Below are positions 19,002 to 29,568 of a stretch of 64,000 nt of DNA, in pieces (positions within the stretch are counted from its first letter, which is position 1; each line of letters opens with the position of its first letter). The notes below the pieces were generated by a model, which ran no database searches, was not told the origin of the DNA, and saw only the letters and a list, made by a program, of their open reading frames with translations. The stretch is from contig WRBC01000002.1 in assembly GCA_009779855.1 (NCBI GenBank), positions 111,011 to 175,010 of the forward strand, in the 5' to 3' direction. The translations under genes and the position numbers were made by a program. The DNA is from Coriobacteriia bacterium (GTDB lineage: Bacteria > Actinomycetota > Coriobacteriia > WRKU01 > WQUG01).

Positions 19002-19772
19002 ATGTCTCGTTTTTTACGCAGCAATATTTTAATCAAGACTCCAGCAGAGATTGAACAGATGCAGGAGGCAGGTGCCATAGCTGCACGTGCCCTGCGTCTT
19101 GCTTGTGAGGCAGTAGAGCCAGGTATTAGCACGCAAGAGGTTAATGATGTTGCGGAGGCGGCCATACGTGAAGCTTCAGCAGTGCCTACTTTTCTGGGTT
19201 ATTCAGGCTTTCCGGCTTCGATTTGCGCCAGTATAAACAGCGAAGTTGTGCACGGTATTCCCAGTAAAGGGGTAAAGCTTTGCTTTGGTGATGTGGTCGC
19301 TATTGATGTGGGGGCCACCTATAAGGGATGGATTGGTGACAACGCTGATACGGTAGCCGTGGGAGAAATCACAGACGATTCTCAGCAGCTTATCGATGTG
19401 ACGCGAAAGGCTCTTTATGCGGGAATTGCGCAATGTGTTCCCGGTAATCGCTTGGGGGACATAAGTCATGCGATAGGAAAGGTTGGACGTGCAGCAGGTC
19501 TTGGCATTATTCAACAGTATGTTGGACATGGCGTAGGCAAATCCTTGCATGAAGAGCCAAGTATTCCCAATGAGGGCAAAGCAGGGAAGGGACCCATTCT
19601 AAAAGCAGGTATGGTCTTTGCTTTAGAACCTATGTTTACTCTGGGTATCGATGATGTGGTAACGCGAGATGATCACTGGACCGTAGTGACAAAAGATGGG
19701 TCACGATCGGCACAGATTGAACATACTGTTGCTGTAACAGAAGAAGGGCCACTCATCCTTACTAAAGAATGA
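19002..19772 (+). CDS. map: Type I methionine aminopeptidase
   Basis: VVHGIP, IDVG, GHGVG, EPM, EHT. Confidence 0.95.
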   Translation: MSRFLRSNILIKTPAEIEQMQEAGAIAARALRLACEAVEPGISTQEVNDVAEAAIREASAVPTFLGYSGFPASICASINSEVVHGIPSKGVKLCFGDVVAIDVGATYKGWIGDNADTVAVGEITDDSQQLIDVTRKALYAGIAQCVPGNRLGDISHAIGKVGRAAGLGIIQQYVGHGVGKSLHEEPSIPNEGKAGKGPILKAGMVFALEPMFTLGIDDVVTRDDHWTVVTKDGSRSAQIEHTVAVTEEGPLILTKE

Positions 19773-19914
19773 ATATGTATCATTTGTGGATTGCTTGCAA
19801 AAATAATATGAACATTATGTAGATTTTATGTTATACTAACCCTGAGTAACAGGATTCCCTGTTGGCGTATTTAATGACAGAGAACCTGGTAAGTTCCATC
19901 TTAGGGGGGCTATC

Positions 19915-21891
19915 ATGAGATCGCCAAGACACACTACAGCTTATCGTTCTATATCCTTCATGTTGGCTATACTGCTTTTTCTAGCCTCGTTTGTATCTGC
20001 GCTGAACGCACCTATTGCTTATGCGTCCCCAGGTGAAGGTGTTAGCGAAATCTCTGTACCTGAAGAGGCTTCCTCACTTTCCCCTGATGACCCTGAGGTT
20101 GACGCTACGCGTATTGTTGCCTGGCCTAAAGAAAGCACAAACCCTGAAGAGGTAGAAGAGTCAGTCATTGAGGTAGTTGAAGATATGGAAGCTTCAGAAG
20201 AGACCTCAATAGACGCAGAAATAATTGCAAATCCTGGTGCAGATGATTTTGAGTCTCTTGTTATTGTTGAAGGCGATGAGCAGGTCACTGAAGACCTAAT
20301 AGATCAGATGATGGCTACAGGACTATTTGAAACTGTTGATTATGACGTACTTATTGATCCGCTGGCTGTCTACACTGCCACGCCTAATGACACGCTTTAT
20401 CCTAGTGCGGGATCATGGGGTCTTAAGCCCTTTCCTGGAGCGAATTTCTCTGCAGTATGGGCTAGGCTTGACCTAGCTAGGGGTAAATCAGATACGGCAC
20501 CAATCGCTATGATAGACACGGGATTTGATCTTACCCTAGAAGATCGTGGTCCTAATATTGTTGCTGCCTACGACTTTGCCCTATTCAGAAGTAGCGTGAC
20601 TCCACAATCACGTACACAACTTGCCTATCACGGAACCTCTACTGCGGGTGTTATAGGAGCTGCAACTAACAACAAAAAAGGAGTTGCGGGTGCTGCCTGG
20701 GACAATAAGGTGATTATCTATAAAGCAACTGATGCTAATGATAATCTATATCTTTCAGCAGTCACAAATTCAGTAAATGATGTTGTTGCAAAACGTAATG
20801 CACGTATAATTAATATGTCTTTAGGGGGCACAGCGTTTCCATCCTACTTCCAGATGGCTATAGATTCTGCTGTTAATTCAGGAATCTTAGTAGTTGCTGC
20901 TGCAGGAAATACAGCCCAACAAGGAAACGTAACCCTGTATCCCGCTGCCTATCCCCCTGTTTTGTCTGTAGCCTCTATTGGACCTACGGGAGCATGGTCA
21001 AGTTTTTCCACATACAATTCAGAGGTTAACATTGCTGCCCCAGGAGAACAGATTTCTGTTTTGCGCTATAGCAATACCTACAGCTATGCTTCAGGAACAT
21101 CTTTCGCTGCACCGCATGTTTCAGCGGCTGCCGCATTAGTATGGAGGGCTGCCCCTAATCTTAGCGCAGCGCAGGTTAAAAACATTCTTATTAATACTGC
21201 AAAGCCCATTGGTACAAAGGGTAATACTAAAACAGGGGCGGGTGCTTTAGACGCAGCAATGGCTTATGAGACTGCTTTGGGTTTGCCTTTCCAGCCAAAA
21301 ATTACAAGGGTTGACCGCGGCCGGGGAAATGTAAAGCTAACCTGGAGCTATAACACCAATAGTCCTCATTCTGTTACTGGGTATGTTCTTTGGTACCGTG
21401 CAAGCAGTCAGAAGAATTGGTCTGTGAGGAATATAAGTACTCAAGCAAAGCAGTACAGCTATACCGTAGGAGGACTTAAGGACAATACTAAGTACTACTT
21501 TAAAGTTGCTGCACTGACTACAAAAGGAAAGGGTCCCTTTTCTACTTATGTGGAAGGCACTACTTATCCGCCTAGCGTGCTGTCCTCAAAGCAGACTATG
21601 AAAATTAGGCGCGGACAATCTGCATGGCTGTACGTGGCTCCCCACTACTGTGTAAGACGAAGCCAGAAGGTTACTTGGAAAAGCTCTAATCCTAGAGTAG
21701 CTACCGTATCAAATCTGGGAAAAGCTGCCATGAAGAAAGGGTCAGGAGCTTGGACAGGAACTTCCTTGACAGATAAAGCAGTTGCACGAAAAGGAAGGAA
21801 ACTTGTGATTAAGGGAGAAAGAAAAGGAACTTGCTATCTTACCTTTAGCTCAAGTGGAGCTACTCGCAAAGTTAAAGTAGTTGTTTATTAG
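19915..21891 (+). CDS. Secreted S8 subtilisin-like serine peptidase with FN3 and Ig-like C-terminal domains
   Basis: IDTG, HGTSTAG, AAAGN, SGTSFAAPHV; signal peptide; FN3-like GLKDNTKYYFKVAA. Confidence 0.9.
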   Translation: MRSPRHTTAYRSISFMLAILLFLASFVSALNAPIAYASPGEGVSEISVPEEASSLSPDDPEVDATRIVAWPKESTNPEEVEESVIEVVEDMEASEETSIDAEIIANPGADDFESLVIVEGDEQVTEDLIDQMMATGLFETVDYDVLIDPLAVYTATPNDTLYPSAGSWGLKPFPGANFSAVWARLDLARGKSDTAPIAMIDTGFDLTLEDRGPNIVAAYDFALFRSSVTPQSRTQLAYHGTSTAGVIGAATNNKKGVAGAAWDNKVIIYKATDANDNLYLSAVTNSVNDVVAKRNARIINMSLGGTAFPSYFQMAIDSAVNSGILVVAAAGNTAQQGNVTLYPAAYPPVLSVASIGPTGAWSSFSTYNSEVNIAAPGEQISVLRYSNTYSYASGTSFAAPHVSAAAALVWRAAPNLSAAQVKNILINTAKPIGTKGNTKTGAGALDAAMAYETALGLPFQPKITRVDRGRGNVKLTWSYNTNSPHSVTGYVLWYRASSQKNWSVRNISTQAKQYSYTVGGLKDNTKYYFKVAALTTKGKGPFSTYVEGTTYPPSVLSSKQTMKIRRGQSAWLYVAPHYCVRRSQKVTWKSSNPRVATVSNLGKAAMKKGSGAWTGTSLTDKAVARKGRKLVIKGERKGTCYLTFSSSGATRKVKVVVY

Positions 21892-22032
21892 TATGAATTC
21901 GATGGGCGCATGGTCTATATCTTCCCCAAAGTTTACAACCCTTGCGTCCATCGTTTTCTATAAAGCAACCAGGCTTTATGGCATGTTCTTATGCGTCCCT
22001 AATGTGGTCACTGTTTCGGATACAATAGTAAT

Positions 22033-22851
22033 ATGACTAAACTAATATCATGGAACGTTAATGGTTTGCGTGCAAACCTGAAGAAGGGATTCATGGAGCA
22101 CTTTGAAGCCCTAGATGCTGATGTCTTTATGCTGCAGGAAATCAAGCTGCAGGCAGGTCAAATAGAGCTTGACCTGCCTGGCTATCATCAGTCCTGGAGT
22201 TACGCTGAAAAGAAGGGCTATTCAGGCACGGCGATTTTTTCCAAAGAAAAACCCTTACAGGTACTGCGTTATGTGGGGGAGTATCCCTTTGATTCTTCAT
22301 CTGGCAGTAACACTGGTGATGATTTTGACTTTAGTTTGTTGCAGGATTTAGACAGGGAAGGGCGCATTACGGCTTGCGAGTTCAGAGACTACTGGGCCGT
22401 AAGTGTTTACACGCCCAATGCACAACCAGAGCTGGCACGTCTAGATTTTCGCATGCGCTGGGAAGATGCCTTCCGCAATTTTGTCTTACGACTGGATGCG
22501 AGCAAGCCAGTAATTATTGGCGGTGACCTCAATTGCGCGCATGAAGAGATCGATCTTGCACGTCCAAAACCTAATATTGGTAAGCCAGGATTTTCTTATG
22601 AAGAGCGCGGCAAGCTCACAGAGTTACTTGATGCAGGATTTGCGGATCCGCTTCGTTTGATGAATCCTGAAGCTTCAGGATTATATACCTGGTGGTCTTA
22701 CCGGGCTAATGCGCGTGCAAATAATGTCGGGTGGCGCATTGACTACTTTTTAGTGTCTGAGCGCCTCTGTTCCCGTGTAGTGGATACTCCCATTTATGCT
22801 GACATCCATGGGAGCGATCATTGTCCCGTAGGAATTGTATTGCAGGACTAA
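22033..22851 (+). CDS. xth: Exodeoxyribonuclease III
   Basis: SWNVNGLR, LQEIK, GDLN, GWRIDY, GSDHCP. Confidence 0.94.
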   Translation: MTKLISWNVNGLRANLKKGFMEHFEALDADVFMLQEIKLQAGQIELDLPGYHQSWSYAEKKGYSGTAIFSKEKPLQVLRYVGEYPFDSSSGSNTGDDFDFSLLQDLDREGRITACEFRDYWAVSVYTPNAQPELARLDFRMRWEDAFRNFVLRLDASKPVIIGGDLNCAHEEIDLARPKPNIGKPGFSYEERGKLTELLDAGFADPLRLMNPEASGLYTWWSYRANARANNVGWRIDYFLVSERLCSRVVDTPIYADIHGSDHCPVGIVLQD

Positions 22852-22912
22852 AGGCATTGTGATAGTCTTATCAGTTGCTGTCTGTAAGTTTATTGAGATA
22901 AAGGATTAATGC

Positions 22913-23134
22913 GTGACACAAAAAGAGGGTGCGATTGAGCTTGAAGGTACGGTACTAGAGCCGTTGCCTAATGCAATGTTTAAGGTCGAACTCGAAAACG
23001 GTCATAAGGTACTGGCTCATATCTCTGGAAAGATGCGTATGCACTACATTCGTATCTTGCCTGGAGATAAAGTTACCGTTGAGGTAAGCCCCTATGATCT
23101 GACTCGCGGCAGAATCACCTATCGCTATAAATGA
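22913..23134 (+). CDS. infA: Translation initiation factor IF-1
   Basis: [14 protein letters not shown]...[11 protein letters not shown]. Confidence 0.97.
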   Translation: MTQKEGAIELEGTVLEPLPNAMFKVELENGHKVLAHISGKMRMHYIRILPGDKVTVEVSPYDLTRGRITYRYK

Positions 23135-23311
23135 TCTTGATGGCACCTAAGTGCCGATTTCAAAAGCTCGCGTATGTTATGCGTGCCGCTTTTAACTTCG
23201 ACACTTTTACACTCATAAAATTCGTTTAGCAATACAGACTGTTTGAAAACTATCGCCTGCGGCTGGGCGTTTAGATATATTAATTTACTTTGATAGAAAG
23301 GCGGGAGCGTC

Positions 23312-23425
23312 GTGAAAGTACGGCCTTCAGTAAAGAAAATGTGCGATAAGTGCAAGATTATCCGACGCCATGGTCGCGTATTGGTCATTTGTGACAATCC
23401 GCGCCATAAGCAGCGTCAGGGTTAG
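23312..23425 (+). CDS. rpmJ: 50S ribosomal protein L36 (not in ORF track)
   Basis: GTG start; [37 protein letters not shown]. Confidence 0.96.
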   Translation: MKVRPSVKKMCDKCKIIRRHGRVLVICDNPRHKQRQG

Positions 23426-23437
23426 AGGAGGACGAGA

Positions 23438-23809
23438 GTGGCTCGTATTCTAGGTGTAGACCTTCCGCGTGATAGGCGCGTTGAAACTGGTCTAACTTAC
23501 ATTTATGGCATTGGTCTAACAACTTCAAAGAAGATCGTCGCGGAAACAGGGATTGACCCTGATATTCGTGTGGCTGATTTGACCGATGCACAAATTACGC
23601 AATTGCGTGAGTATATTGATCAAAACTTGCAGGTTGAGGGTGACCTGCGTCGTGAGACATCACAAAACATTAAACGTCTGATGGAGATTGGTTGTTACCG
23701 TGGTCTTCGTCACCGTAAAGGTCTGCCCGTTCGTGGACAGCGCACCAGTACTAACGCGCGTACCCGTAAGGGTCCACGTCGTCAAATTGGCGCAAAGAAG
23801 AAGGGGTAG
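23438..23809 (+). CDS. rpsM: 30S ribosomal protein S13
   Basis: [26 protein letters not shown]. Confidence 0.97.
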   Translation: MARILGVDLPRDRRVETGLTYIYGIGLTTSKKIVAETGIDPDIRVADLTDAQITQLREYIDQNLQVEGDLRRETSQNIKRLMEIGCYRGLRHRKGLPVRGQRTSTNARTRKGPRRQIGAKKKG

Positions 23810-23815
23810 GAACTT

Positions 23816-24211
23816 ATGGCTAAGAAAAACGTACGTAGCCGCATCAAGCGCAGTGAACGTAAGAACATTGCTGTTGGTCAGGCTCATGTAAAGTCAACGT
23901 TTAATAACACCATCATTACTATTACCGACCCACAAGGCAACGTGATTTGTTGGCAATCTGCGGGTACATCAGGGTTTAAGGGATCACGTAAGTCGACTCC
24001 TTTTGCGGCTCAATTGGCTGCTGAAGCAGTTGCGAAGACCGCCCAAGAACACGGTATGCGTAAAGTGGCAGTGTTTGCGAAAGGCCCTGGTAGTGGTCGC
24101 GAGACAGCGATTCGCTCACTTCAGGCTGCCGGACTTGAGATTGCAAGCATCCAAGATGTTACGCCAATCCCACACAACGGTTGTCGTCCGCGCAAGCGTC
24201 GTCGCGTCTAA
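23816..24211 (+). CDS. rpsK: 30S ribosomal protein S11
   Basis: [26 protein letters not shown]. Confidence 0.97.
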   Translation: MAKKNVRSRIKRSERKNIAVGQAHVKSTFNNTIITITDPQGNVICWQSAGTSGFKGSRKSTPFAAQLAAEAVAKTAQEHGMRKVAVFAKGPGSGRETAIRSLQAAGLEIASIQDVTPIPHNGCRPRKRRRV

Positions 24212-24234
24212 CATTATTTGAGGAGTAATCTAAT

Positions 24235-24861
24235 ATGGCAAGATATACAGGACCAGTCTGCAGACTGTGTCGCCGTGAAGGAGAGAAACTTTTCCTCAAA
24301 GGTGACCGCTGCTATGGTGATAAATGTGCAATGGAGAAACGCCCTTACCCGCCGGGTCAGGCTGGGAAGAAGCGTCCTCGCGAAAGTGAATATCGCATTC
24401 AATTGCGCGAAAAGCAAAAGACAAAGCGTATCTACGGCATGCTTGAAAAGCAGTTCCGTAGCTACTACGAAGAGGCTAATCGTCAGCAGGGCATTACAGG
24501 TGAAAACCTACTACGCCTGCTAGAGACACGTCTTGATAACGTAGTGTACCGTCTGGGCTTTGCAAGCTCTCGTAAAGAGGCTCGCCAAACAGTACGCCAC
24601 GGACACATTCAGGTAAATGGAAAGCGTGTTGACATTCCGTCATTCCGCGTAAGCGAGGGTGACCTTGTGGCAATCGCGCCGAAGGCAAAGGATTATCTGA
24701 AAATAAAGTCTGCGATTATTTCAAGTGAACGTAGCACCGTTCCTGGTTGGCTTGAGGTAGACATTGAAAAGCTGCAAGGTAGCGTTATTTCTCTGCCGAC
24801 GCGAGACCAAATCGATCTGACGGTTAAAGAAAACCTCATCGTCGAGCTCTACTCTAAGTAA
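24235..24861 (+). CDS. rpsD: 30S ribosomal protein S4 (zinc-binding type)
   Basis: [29 protein letters not shown]. Confidence 0.97.
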   Translation: MARYTGPVCRLCRREGEKLFLKGDRCYGDKCAMEKRPYPPGQAGKKRPRESEYRIQLREKQKTKRIYGMLEKQFRSYYEEANRQQGITGENLLRLLETRLDNVVYRLGFASSRKEARQTVRHGHIQVNGKRVDIPSFRVSEGDLVAIAPKAKDYLKIKSAIISSERSTVPGWLEVDIEKLQGSVISLPTRDQIDLTVKENLIVELYSK

Positions 24862-24882
24862 GCGATTGGGAGGATAGTATCT

Positions 24883-25821
24883 ATGACCAAATTTATGAGA
24901 CCAGAAGTCACTGTTGAATCAGTAGGCGAAAATGTTTCACGCTATATTGTAGAGCCGCTTGATAGAGGGTTTGGCTATACGCTAGGTAACTGCATGCGTC
25001 GTGTACTACTGTCGTCACTTGAGGGCGCAGCGGCTACGAGCATTCGTATTGATGGTGCTCAGCATGAGTTTACAGCTCTTGATGGCATGCGTGAAGATGT
25101 GACAGACATCATCTTGAACGTTAAGAGCCTTGTATTCCGCGACACAGGCATCGGTGAAGAAAGTGCTGAAGCAGAGCTTAGTGTAACGGGACCTGCTGTA
25201 GTGACAGGAGCCGACCTAAAGGTTCCTAACGAATTTGAACTGGTTAACCCAGATCAAGAGATTGCGAACCTAAACGATGGTGCAAGCCTGACCATGTATG
25301 TCAACATCGACACAGGTCGTGGTTATGTTTCAGCAGAGCGCAATAAGCGTGCAGGTGATGCTATCGGCGTTATTCCTGTTGATTCGCTTTTCTCGCCTGT
25401 ACAGCGTTGTACTTACACTGTTGAAAATACTCGTGTTGGTCAGCGTACTGACTACGAGAGACTCATCATTGAAGTCGAGACCAATGGTTCGGTTGCCCCT
25501 GATGATGTTATTGCGCGTGCAGGACGTGTCATCAACGAACACACACAGCTTTTTGTAGAGCAGACTATTGCTCCTATCGAAGAAGGTTCAATCTTTGTAG
25601 AAATTGATCGCAGTGACACAAGCGGTCTAGACACGCCAATCGAAGAGCTTGATCTTTCGGTTCGTGCCTATAACTGCTTGAAGCGCCAAGGTGTTAACAC
25701 TATTGGACAGCTAACCGAGTGTACAGAAAATGACCTGATGAACGTCCGCAACTTTGGCGCAAAGTCAATTGAAGAAGTCAAGGACAAGCTCATCGACATG
25801 GGTCTTAACTTGAAAATTTAG
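24883..25821 (+). CDS. rpoA: RNA polymerase alpha subunit
   Basis: EPLDRGFGYTLGN, LDLSVRAYNCLKR. Confidence 0.97.
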   Translation: MTKFMRPEVTVESVGENVSRYIVEPLDRGFGYTLGNCMRRVLLSSLEGAAATSIRIDGAQHEFTALDGMREDVTDIILNVKSLVFRDTGIGEESAEAELSVTGPAVVTGADLKVPNEFELVNPDQEIANLNDGASLTMYVNIDTGRGYVSAERNKRAGDAIGVIPVDSLFSPVQRCTYTVENTRVGQRTDYERLIIEVETNGSVAPDDVIARAGRVINEHTQLFVEQTIAPIEEGSIFVEIDRSDTSGLDTPIEELDLSVRAYNCLKRQGVNTIGQLTECTENDLMNVRNFGAKSIEEVKDKLIDMGLNLKI

Positions 25822-25839
25822 ATAAGGAGTAGGTCCACT

Positions 25840-26190
25840 ATGAGACACCAGAAAAAGGGTCGTAAACTGGGCACCGATGCTTCGCACACAAAGGCGATGC
25901 GTCGTTCTCTGACTACTTCCTTGTTGCGCAATGATCGCATCAAGACCACAGAGACTCGTGCTAAGGAAATTCGCCCTGATGTAGATAAAGTTATCACTTG
26001 GGCAAAGAAAGGTGACGTACATAGTCGTCGTCTTGCAATCGCTGCTCTAGGTGACAAGGAAGTTGTTGCTAAGGTTTTCAGCGAGATTGAACGTTTTGAA
26101 GGTCGCAGTGGCGGCTATACGCGCATCCTGAAGCTGGGACCGCGCAAGGGAGATGCGGCGCCTATGGTGATTATGGAGCTTGTAGACTAA
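25840..26190 (+). CDS. rplQ: 50S ribosomal protein L17
   Basis: [30 protein letters not shown]. Confidence 0.97.
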   Translation: MRHQKKGRKLGTDASHTKAMRRSLTTSLLRNDRIKTTETRAKEIRPDVDKVITWAKKGDVHSRRLAIAALGDKEVVAKVFSEIERFEGRSGGYTRILKLGPRKGDAAPMVIMELVD

Positions 26191-26300
26191 GGCACACTTC
26201 AGATGCCATATCTTTGCGTCGAGCACAAATGAAGTGAGCGAGTATCGCGTATGCGAATGCTCTAGCGAACGAAGTGCAGTGAAGCCGAAGGCAACTTTTA

Positions 26301-26345
26301 AAAAGGGATAATCCACGTAGTAACTACGTGGATTATCCCTTTTCT
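26301..26345. terminator. Bidirectional intrinsic terminator (20-bp arms)
   Basis: aaaagggataatccacgtag-taa-ctacgtggattatccctttt between convergent rplQ and the XRE gene. Confidence 0.85.
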
Positions 26346-26725
26346 CATTCTTTGAATAGCTTCATCTGGCCACTGTCATCATAATGTACTGCAGCTTCCT
26401 GCATCTCAAATCTACCCACAAGTCCTGGAGACAGAATCTCTGTAAGTAGGTTACTGAATATTCCTGGATCAAGCACAAGGGAAACAGCTACTAAAAATTC
26501 CAGTGAAGGTAAGTGCGTCCCGCTCTCATATCGGTATATTGTTCTTGCAGAGTGATGGACTCCACAATAATCAAAGAGCGCTCTTGAAAGTTGTTCAGGG
26601 GAGAGGCTTGCCTCGATTCTGGCTCTTCGGAGTATTTCTCCGAACCGATTAGAGATGTGGTAGTCACTAATACGCCGGCCTAGCGCATACCTACATTGGT
26701 GGTAACTTCGATGGTTATATATCAT
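26345..26725 (-). CDS. XRE-family helix-turn-helix protein
   Basis: FGEILRRARIEASLSPEQLS...TIYRYESGTHLPS; AGGAGG RBS. Confidence 0.75.
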   Translation of the reverse strand: MIYNHRSYHQCRYALGRRISDYHISNRFGEILRRARIEASLSPEQLSRALFDYCGVHHSARTIYRYESGTHLPSLEFLVAVSLVLDPGIFSNLLTEILSPGLVGRFEMQEAAVHYDDSGQMKLFKE

Positions 26726-26971
26726 TGTCCCCCTCCTTGAAGGTGCAGAAATTTACTCACTGAACCTTCCCTGCAATATATAACAAATGTTGCAGAAAAT
26801 TATCCGCATTCTAGAATACTACTGCTGAAGCAAGATGCACAGAAAAATTTACTGACAATTTTGTCAATTGCCGTTAATTTACTTGCAAGGGATTGCTAGA
26901 TAATTGCAGAATACAGAGTGATAAGAGTTAGCACATACAGAGACCCCCACTGTGCTGACAATATTTGAGGA

Positions 26972-27007
26972 GAAGGGGCAGTCCTCCTTTAGGAGGACTG
27001 CCCCTTC
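26972..27007. repeat. Perfect 17-bp inverted repeat upstream of the cmk promoter
   Basis: gaaggggcagtcctcct-tt-aggaggactgccccttc. Confidence 0.8.
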
Positions 27008-27050
27008 GTACTGTTATACTAAGACTTCGATTTTAAAGGGAGCAATCTTT

Positions 27051-27797
27051 ATGATTATCGCTATAGATGGGCCAGCTGGCTCGGGCAAATCTAGCGTTGC
27101 GCGTGCAGTTGCGCTACGAATGGGCTTTCATTACCTAGACACAGGTGCTATGTATCGTGCGGTTGCAGTTGCTGCTATGAGGCGTGGTATTGACCTTAAT
27201 GATGGAGTGACATTGCGCGAGTTCAGTAAAACACGCAAAATCAGTTTTGCCTACGAAGAGGGGGAGGTTCTTCCCTCACGTGTTTATTTTGGCGATGAAG
27301 AAATGACTGACTACATTAGGTCTCCTGAAGTTGATAGGGCGGTAAGTCCTGTTGCCAGTTGTCCAGAGCTTCGTGGTGATATGTTAGCTAAGCAGCGCAT
27401 GTTAGGCAGCAAGGGAAATTATGTAGTGGAGGGTCGCGATATCGGATCTGTTGTTTTTCCTAATGCGGCGCTTAAGATATTTTTAACAGCCTGCGTAGAA
27501 GAGCGAGCCAGAAGGCGTAGTCTACAAAATGAAACCCGAGGCTTGCCAAGCGACTTTGACAAAATTTTGCGGGGACTTAAGGATCGCGATGAAAAGGATT
27601 TCAATCGCGAGATTGCCCCTTTAACAATTGCAGATGATGCGATTGAAATCGATACAACAAACATGAGTGAAGAAGAAGTTGTCCAAGCAATTGTCGATGT
27701 GGCTACTAAAGTGCGTGATAAAGTGTGCGGTCCAGACGGTGGTGCAAATGATGATAACTGCAGGGGACTTCCAGAAATTGGTGATGAGTACGCATGA
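27051..27797 (+). CDS. cmk: Cytidylate kinase
   Basis: IAIDGPAGSGKS, YLDTGAMYR, VEGRDIG; ATG 27051 with GGGAG RBS. Confidence 0.95.
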   Translation: MIIAIDGPAGSGKSSVARAVALRMGFHYLDTGAMYRAVAVAAMRRGIDLNDGVTLREFSKTRKISFAYEEGEVLPSRVYFGDEEMTDYIRSPEVDRAVSPVASCPELRGDMLAKQRMLGSKGNYVVEGRDIGSVVFPNAALKIFLTACVEERARRRSLQNETRGLPSDFDKILRGLKDRDEKDFNREIAPLTIADDAIEIDTTNMSEEEVVQAIVDVATKVRDKVCGPDGGANDDNCRGLPEIGDEYA

Positions 27798-28627
27798 AGG
27801 ATCCTGTTTCACCAGGCAAGGATGCTCAATCTAAAGATGAGCAAGGCAGGCAATCTGCTGATAAACAGCCAAAAAGAGAGCCACGGCACGCTAGGTTGCG
27901 CAAGCATGCGCTAGTGAATAAGGGCAAGTCAGGCGAACCCAAATGGATACTGCGCAGGTTTTGCCAGCTTCTGGCCTATACCATCATGCTGCCCCTATTT
28001 CGTGTAAAGGTGACAGGGGTAGAAAATATCCCTAAGGGTCCCTGTCTTTTAAGTCCTAATCACATCAGCTATGCTGATGGACTGATTGTTTTTGCTCTTA
28101 CTTTGCGCTATCGCATGCCTATGCGCGTTCTGGCAAAGCGAGAATTATGGAGCTTTGCCCCGCTGGGTTGGGTTTTGGATAGTGCTGGGGTGATGCCGAT
28201 TTCTCGTGAGAAGGCAGATCTTGATACCTTAAGGATGGCCTCCAGTGCTATTAAGGCGGGGGACAGCATGGCAATATTTCCTGAGGGTACCCGTGTACGT
28301 AATGAGGACATGAAGACAGATAAAGATCGTGGAATGGGCGAAGCTTTTGGCGGTGCAGCATGGCTAGCTATTCGTAATGACGTGCCTGTGATACCTGTCG
28401 CAATTGCAGGAACAGAACTTATTCGTCCTGAGGGCATGAAGTTGATGCGCTTTCCGCGTGTAGTGGTTCACTTTGGGACACCCTTAGTACCAGATGAGGT
28501 TGTTCCCAGTAGTGAATATAAGAGGAAAGACCGCATAGCAAAGCTGACAGAGCTTGTTATGGATGGGCTTGCTCAGGCCCTAGAAATAGCACGGAAAGAA
28601 AATGCTGCTCGTGGCAGACGGAAGTAA
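27794..28627 (+). CDS. plsC: 1-acyl-sn-glycerol-3-phosphate acyltransferase
   Basis: NHISYAD, IFPEGTR, VPVIPV. Confidence 0.88.
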   Translation: MKDPVSPGKDAQSKDEQGRQSADKQPKREPRHARLRKHALVNKGKSGEPKWILRRFCQLLAYTIMLPLFRVKVTGVENIPKGPCLLSPNHISYADGLIVFALTLRYRMPMRVLAKRELWSFAPLGWVLDSAGVMPISREKADLDTLRMASSAIKAGDSMAIFPEGTRVRNEDMKTDKDRGMGEAFGGAAWLAIRNDVPVIPVAIAGTELIRPEGMKLMRFPRVVVHFGTPLVPDEVVPSSEYKRKDRIAKLTELVMDGLAQALEIARKENAARGRRK

Positions 28628-28680
28628 AGCAATTAGCTGCAGAGACACGTATGCAGCAGGTAGGATATAAGGAGGACACT

Positions 28681-29568
28681 ATGGAGATCCATGTTGCCCG
28701 TCCAGCAGGGACATGTTACGGGGTCGAGCGCGCCCTGAAGCTTGCGCGCGAGGCTGCACGTAACGCAAAAGGAGCACCCGTAGCAAGTTTAGGAGAGCTT
28801 ATCCATAACCCACAGGCGGTTGATACTTTACGTCTGATTGGTGTTGATGTGGTTACTGACCTAAGTGACCTAAGCCCTTCTTGTGAAGGTATTGAAAGTA
28901 CCCTTATTATCCGTAGTCACGGTGTTGCACCAAGTGTTATCGAAGATGCAGAGGCACGCGGAGTACAGGTTGTAGACGCTACTTGTCCGCATGTTGCACG
29001 CGTGCAGGAGGCCGCAGAGCAGTTGGCTCATGAAGGATTTACCGTGCTTATTGTTGGCGAGCCCGACCACCCTGAAGTTTTTGGAATCCATGCGCGTGCT
29101 GGCAAGAAGTCGCACGTTGTCACGGGGGCGTCAGATTTGCCGCCATTTGAGAGCTTAAGTGGCGAGCGCGTAGGGGTTGTTATTCAGACTACACAGACAG
29201 CAGAAGCCTTAAATGAAGTTGTTGAAGAGCTGCGTGATAAGGTTGCAGAACTTCGTGTAGTAAACACCATATGCAGTGCCACCACACGTAGGCAGCAAGC
29301 TACTGAAGCTCTGGCCCATCAGGTTGATGTCATGGTAGTTGTGGGTGGTCACAATAGCGGTAATACGCGTAGGCTTTATGAGATTAGTAAAGAAGTTTGT
29401 CCACATAGCTATCATATCGAGACAAGTGCAGAACTTGAAGATGCGTGGTTTGATGGGGCAGAAAAGGTGGGTATTACTGCAGGTGCATCAACCCCAGAAG
29501 ACCAACTGCAAAGTGTCGTTGCACGTATTGGTGAAATCGACGAAGTAAAGGTAGATGACTGTGAGTGA
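28681..29568 (+). CDS. ispH: 4-hydroxy-3-methylbut-2-enyl diphosphate reductase
   Basis: GTCYGV, IHN, DATCP, TICSAT, GITAGASTP. Confidence 0.94.
   Translation: MEIHVARPAGTCYGVERALKLAREAARNAKGAPVASLGELIHNPQAVDTLRLIGVDVVTDLSDLSPSCEGIESTLIIRSHGVAPSVIEDAEARGVQVVDATCPHVARVQEAAEQLAHEGFTVLIVGEPDHPEVFGIHARAGKKSHVVTGASDLPPFESLSGERVGVVIQTTQTAEALNEVVEELRDKVAELRVVNTICSATTRRQQATEALAHQVDVMVVVGGHNSGNTRRLYEISKEVCPHSYHIETSAELEDAWFDGAEKVGITAGASTPEDQLQSVVARIGEIDEVKVDDCE

Noticed and set aside
26952-27050. N-terminal extension of Cmk in the ORF track
   Set aside because: It runs through an inverted repeat and the promoter; ATG 27051 has the RBS and matches the family start
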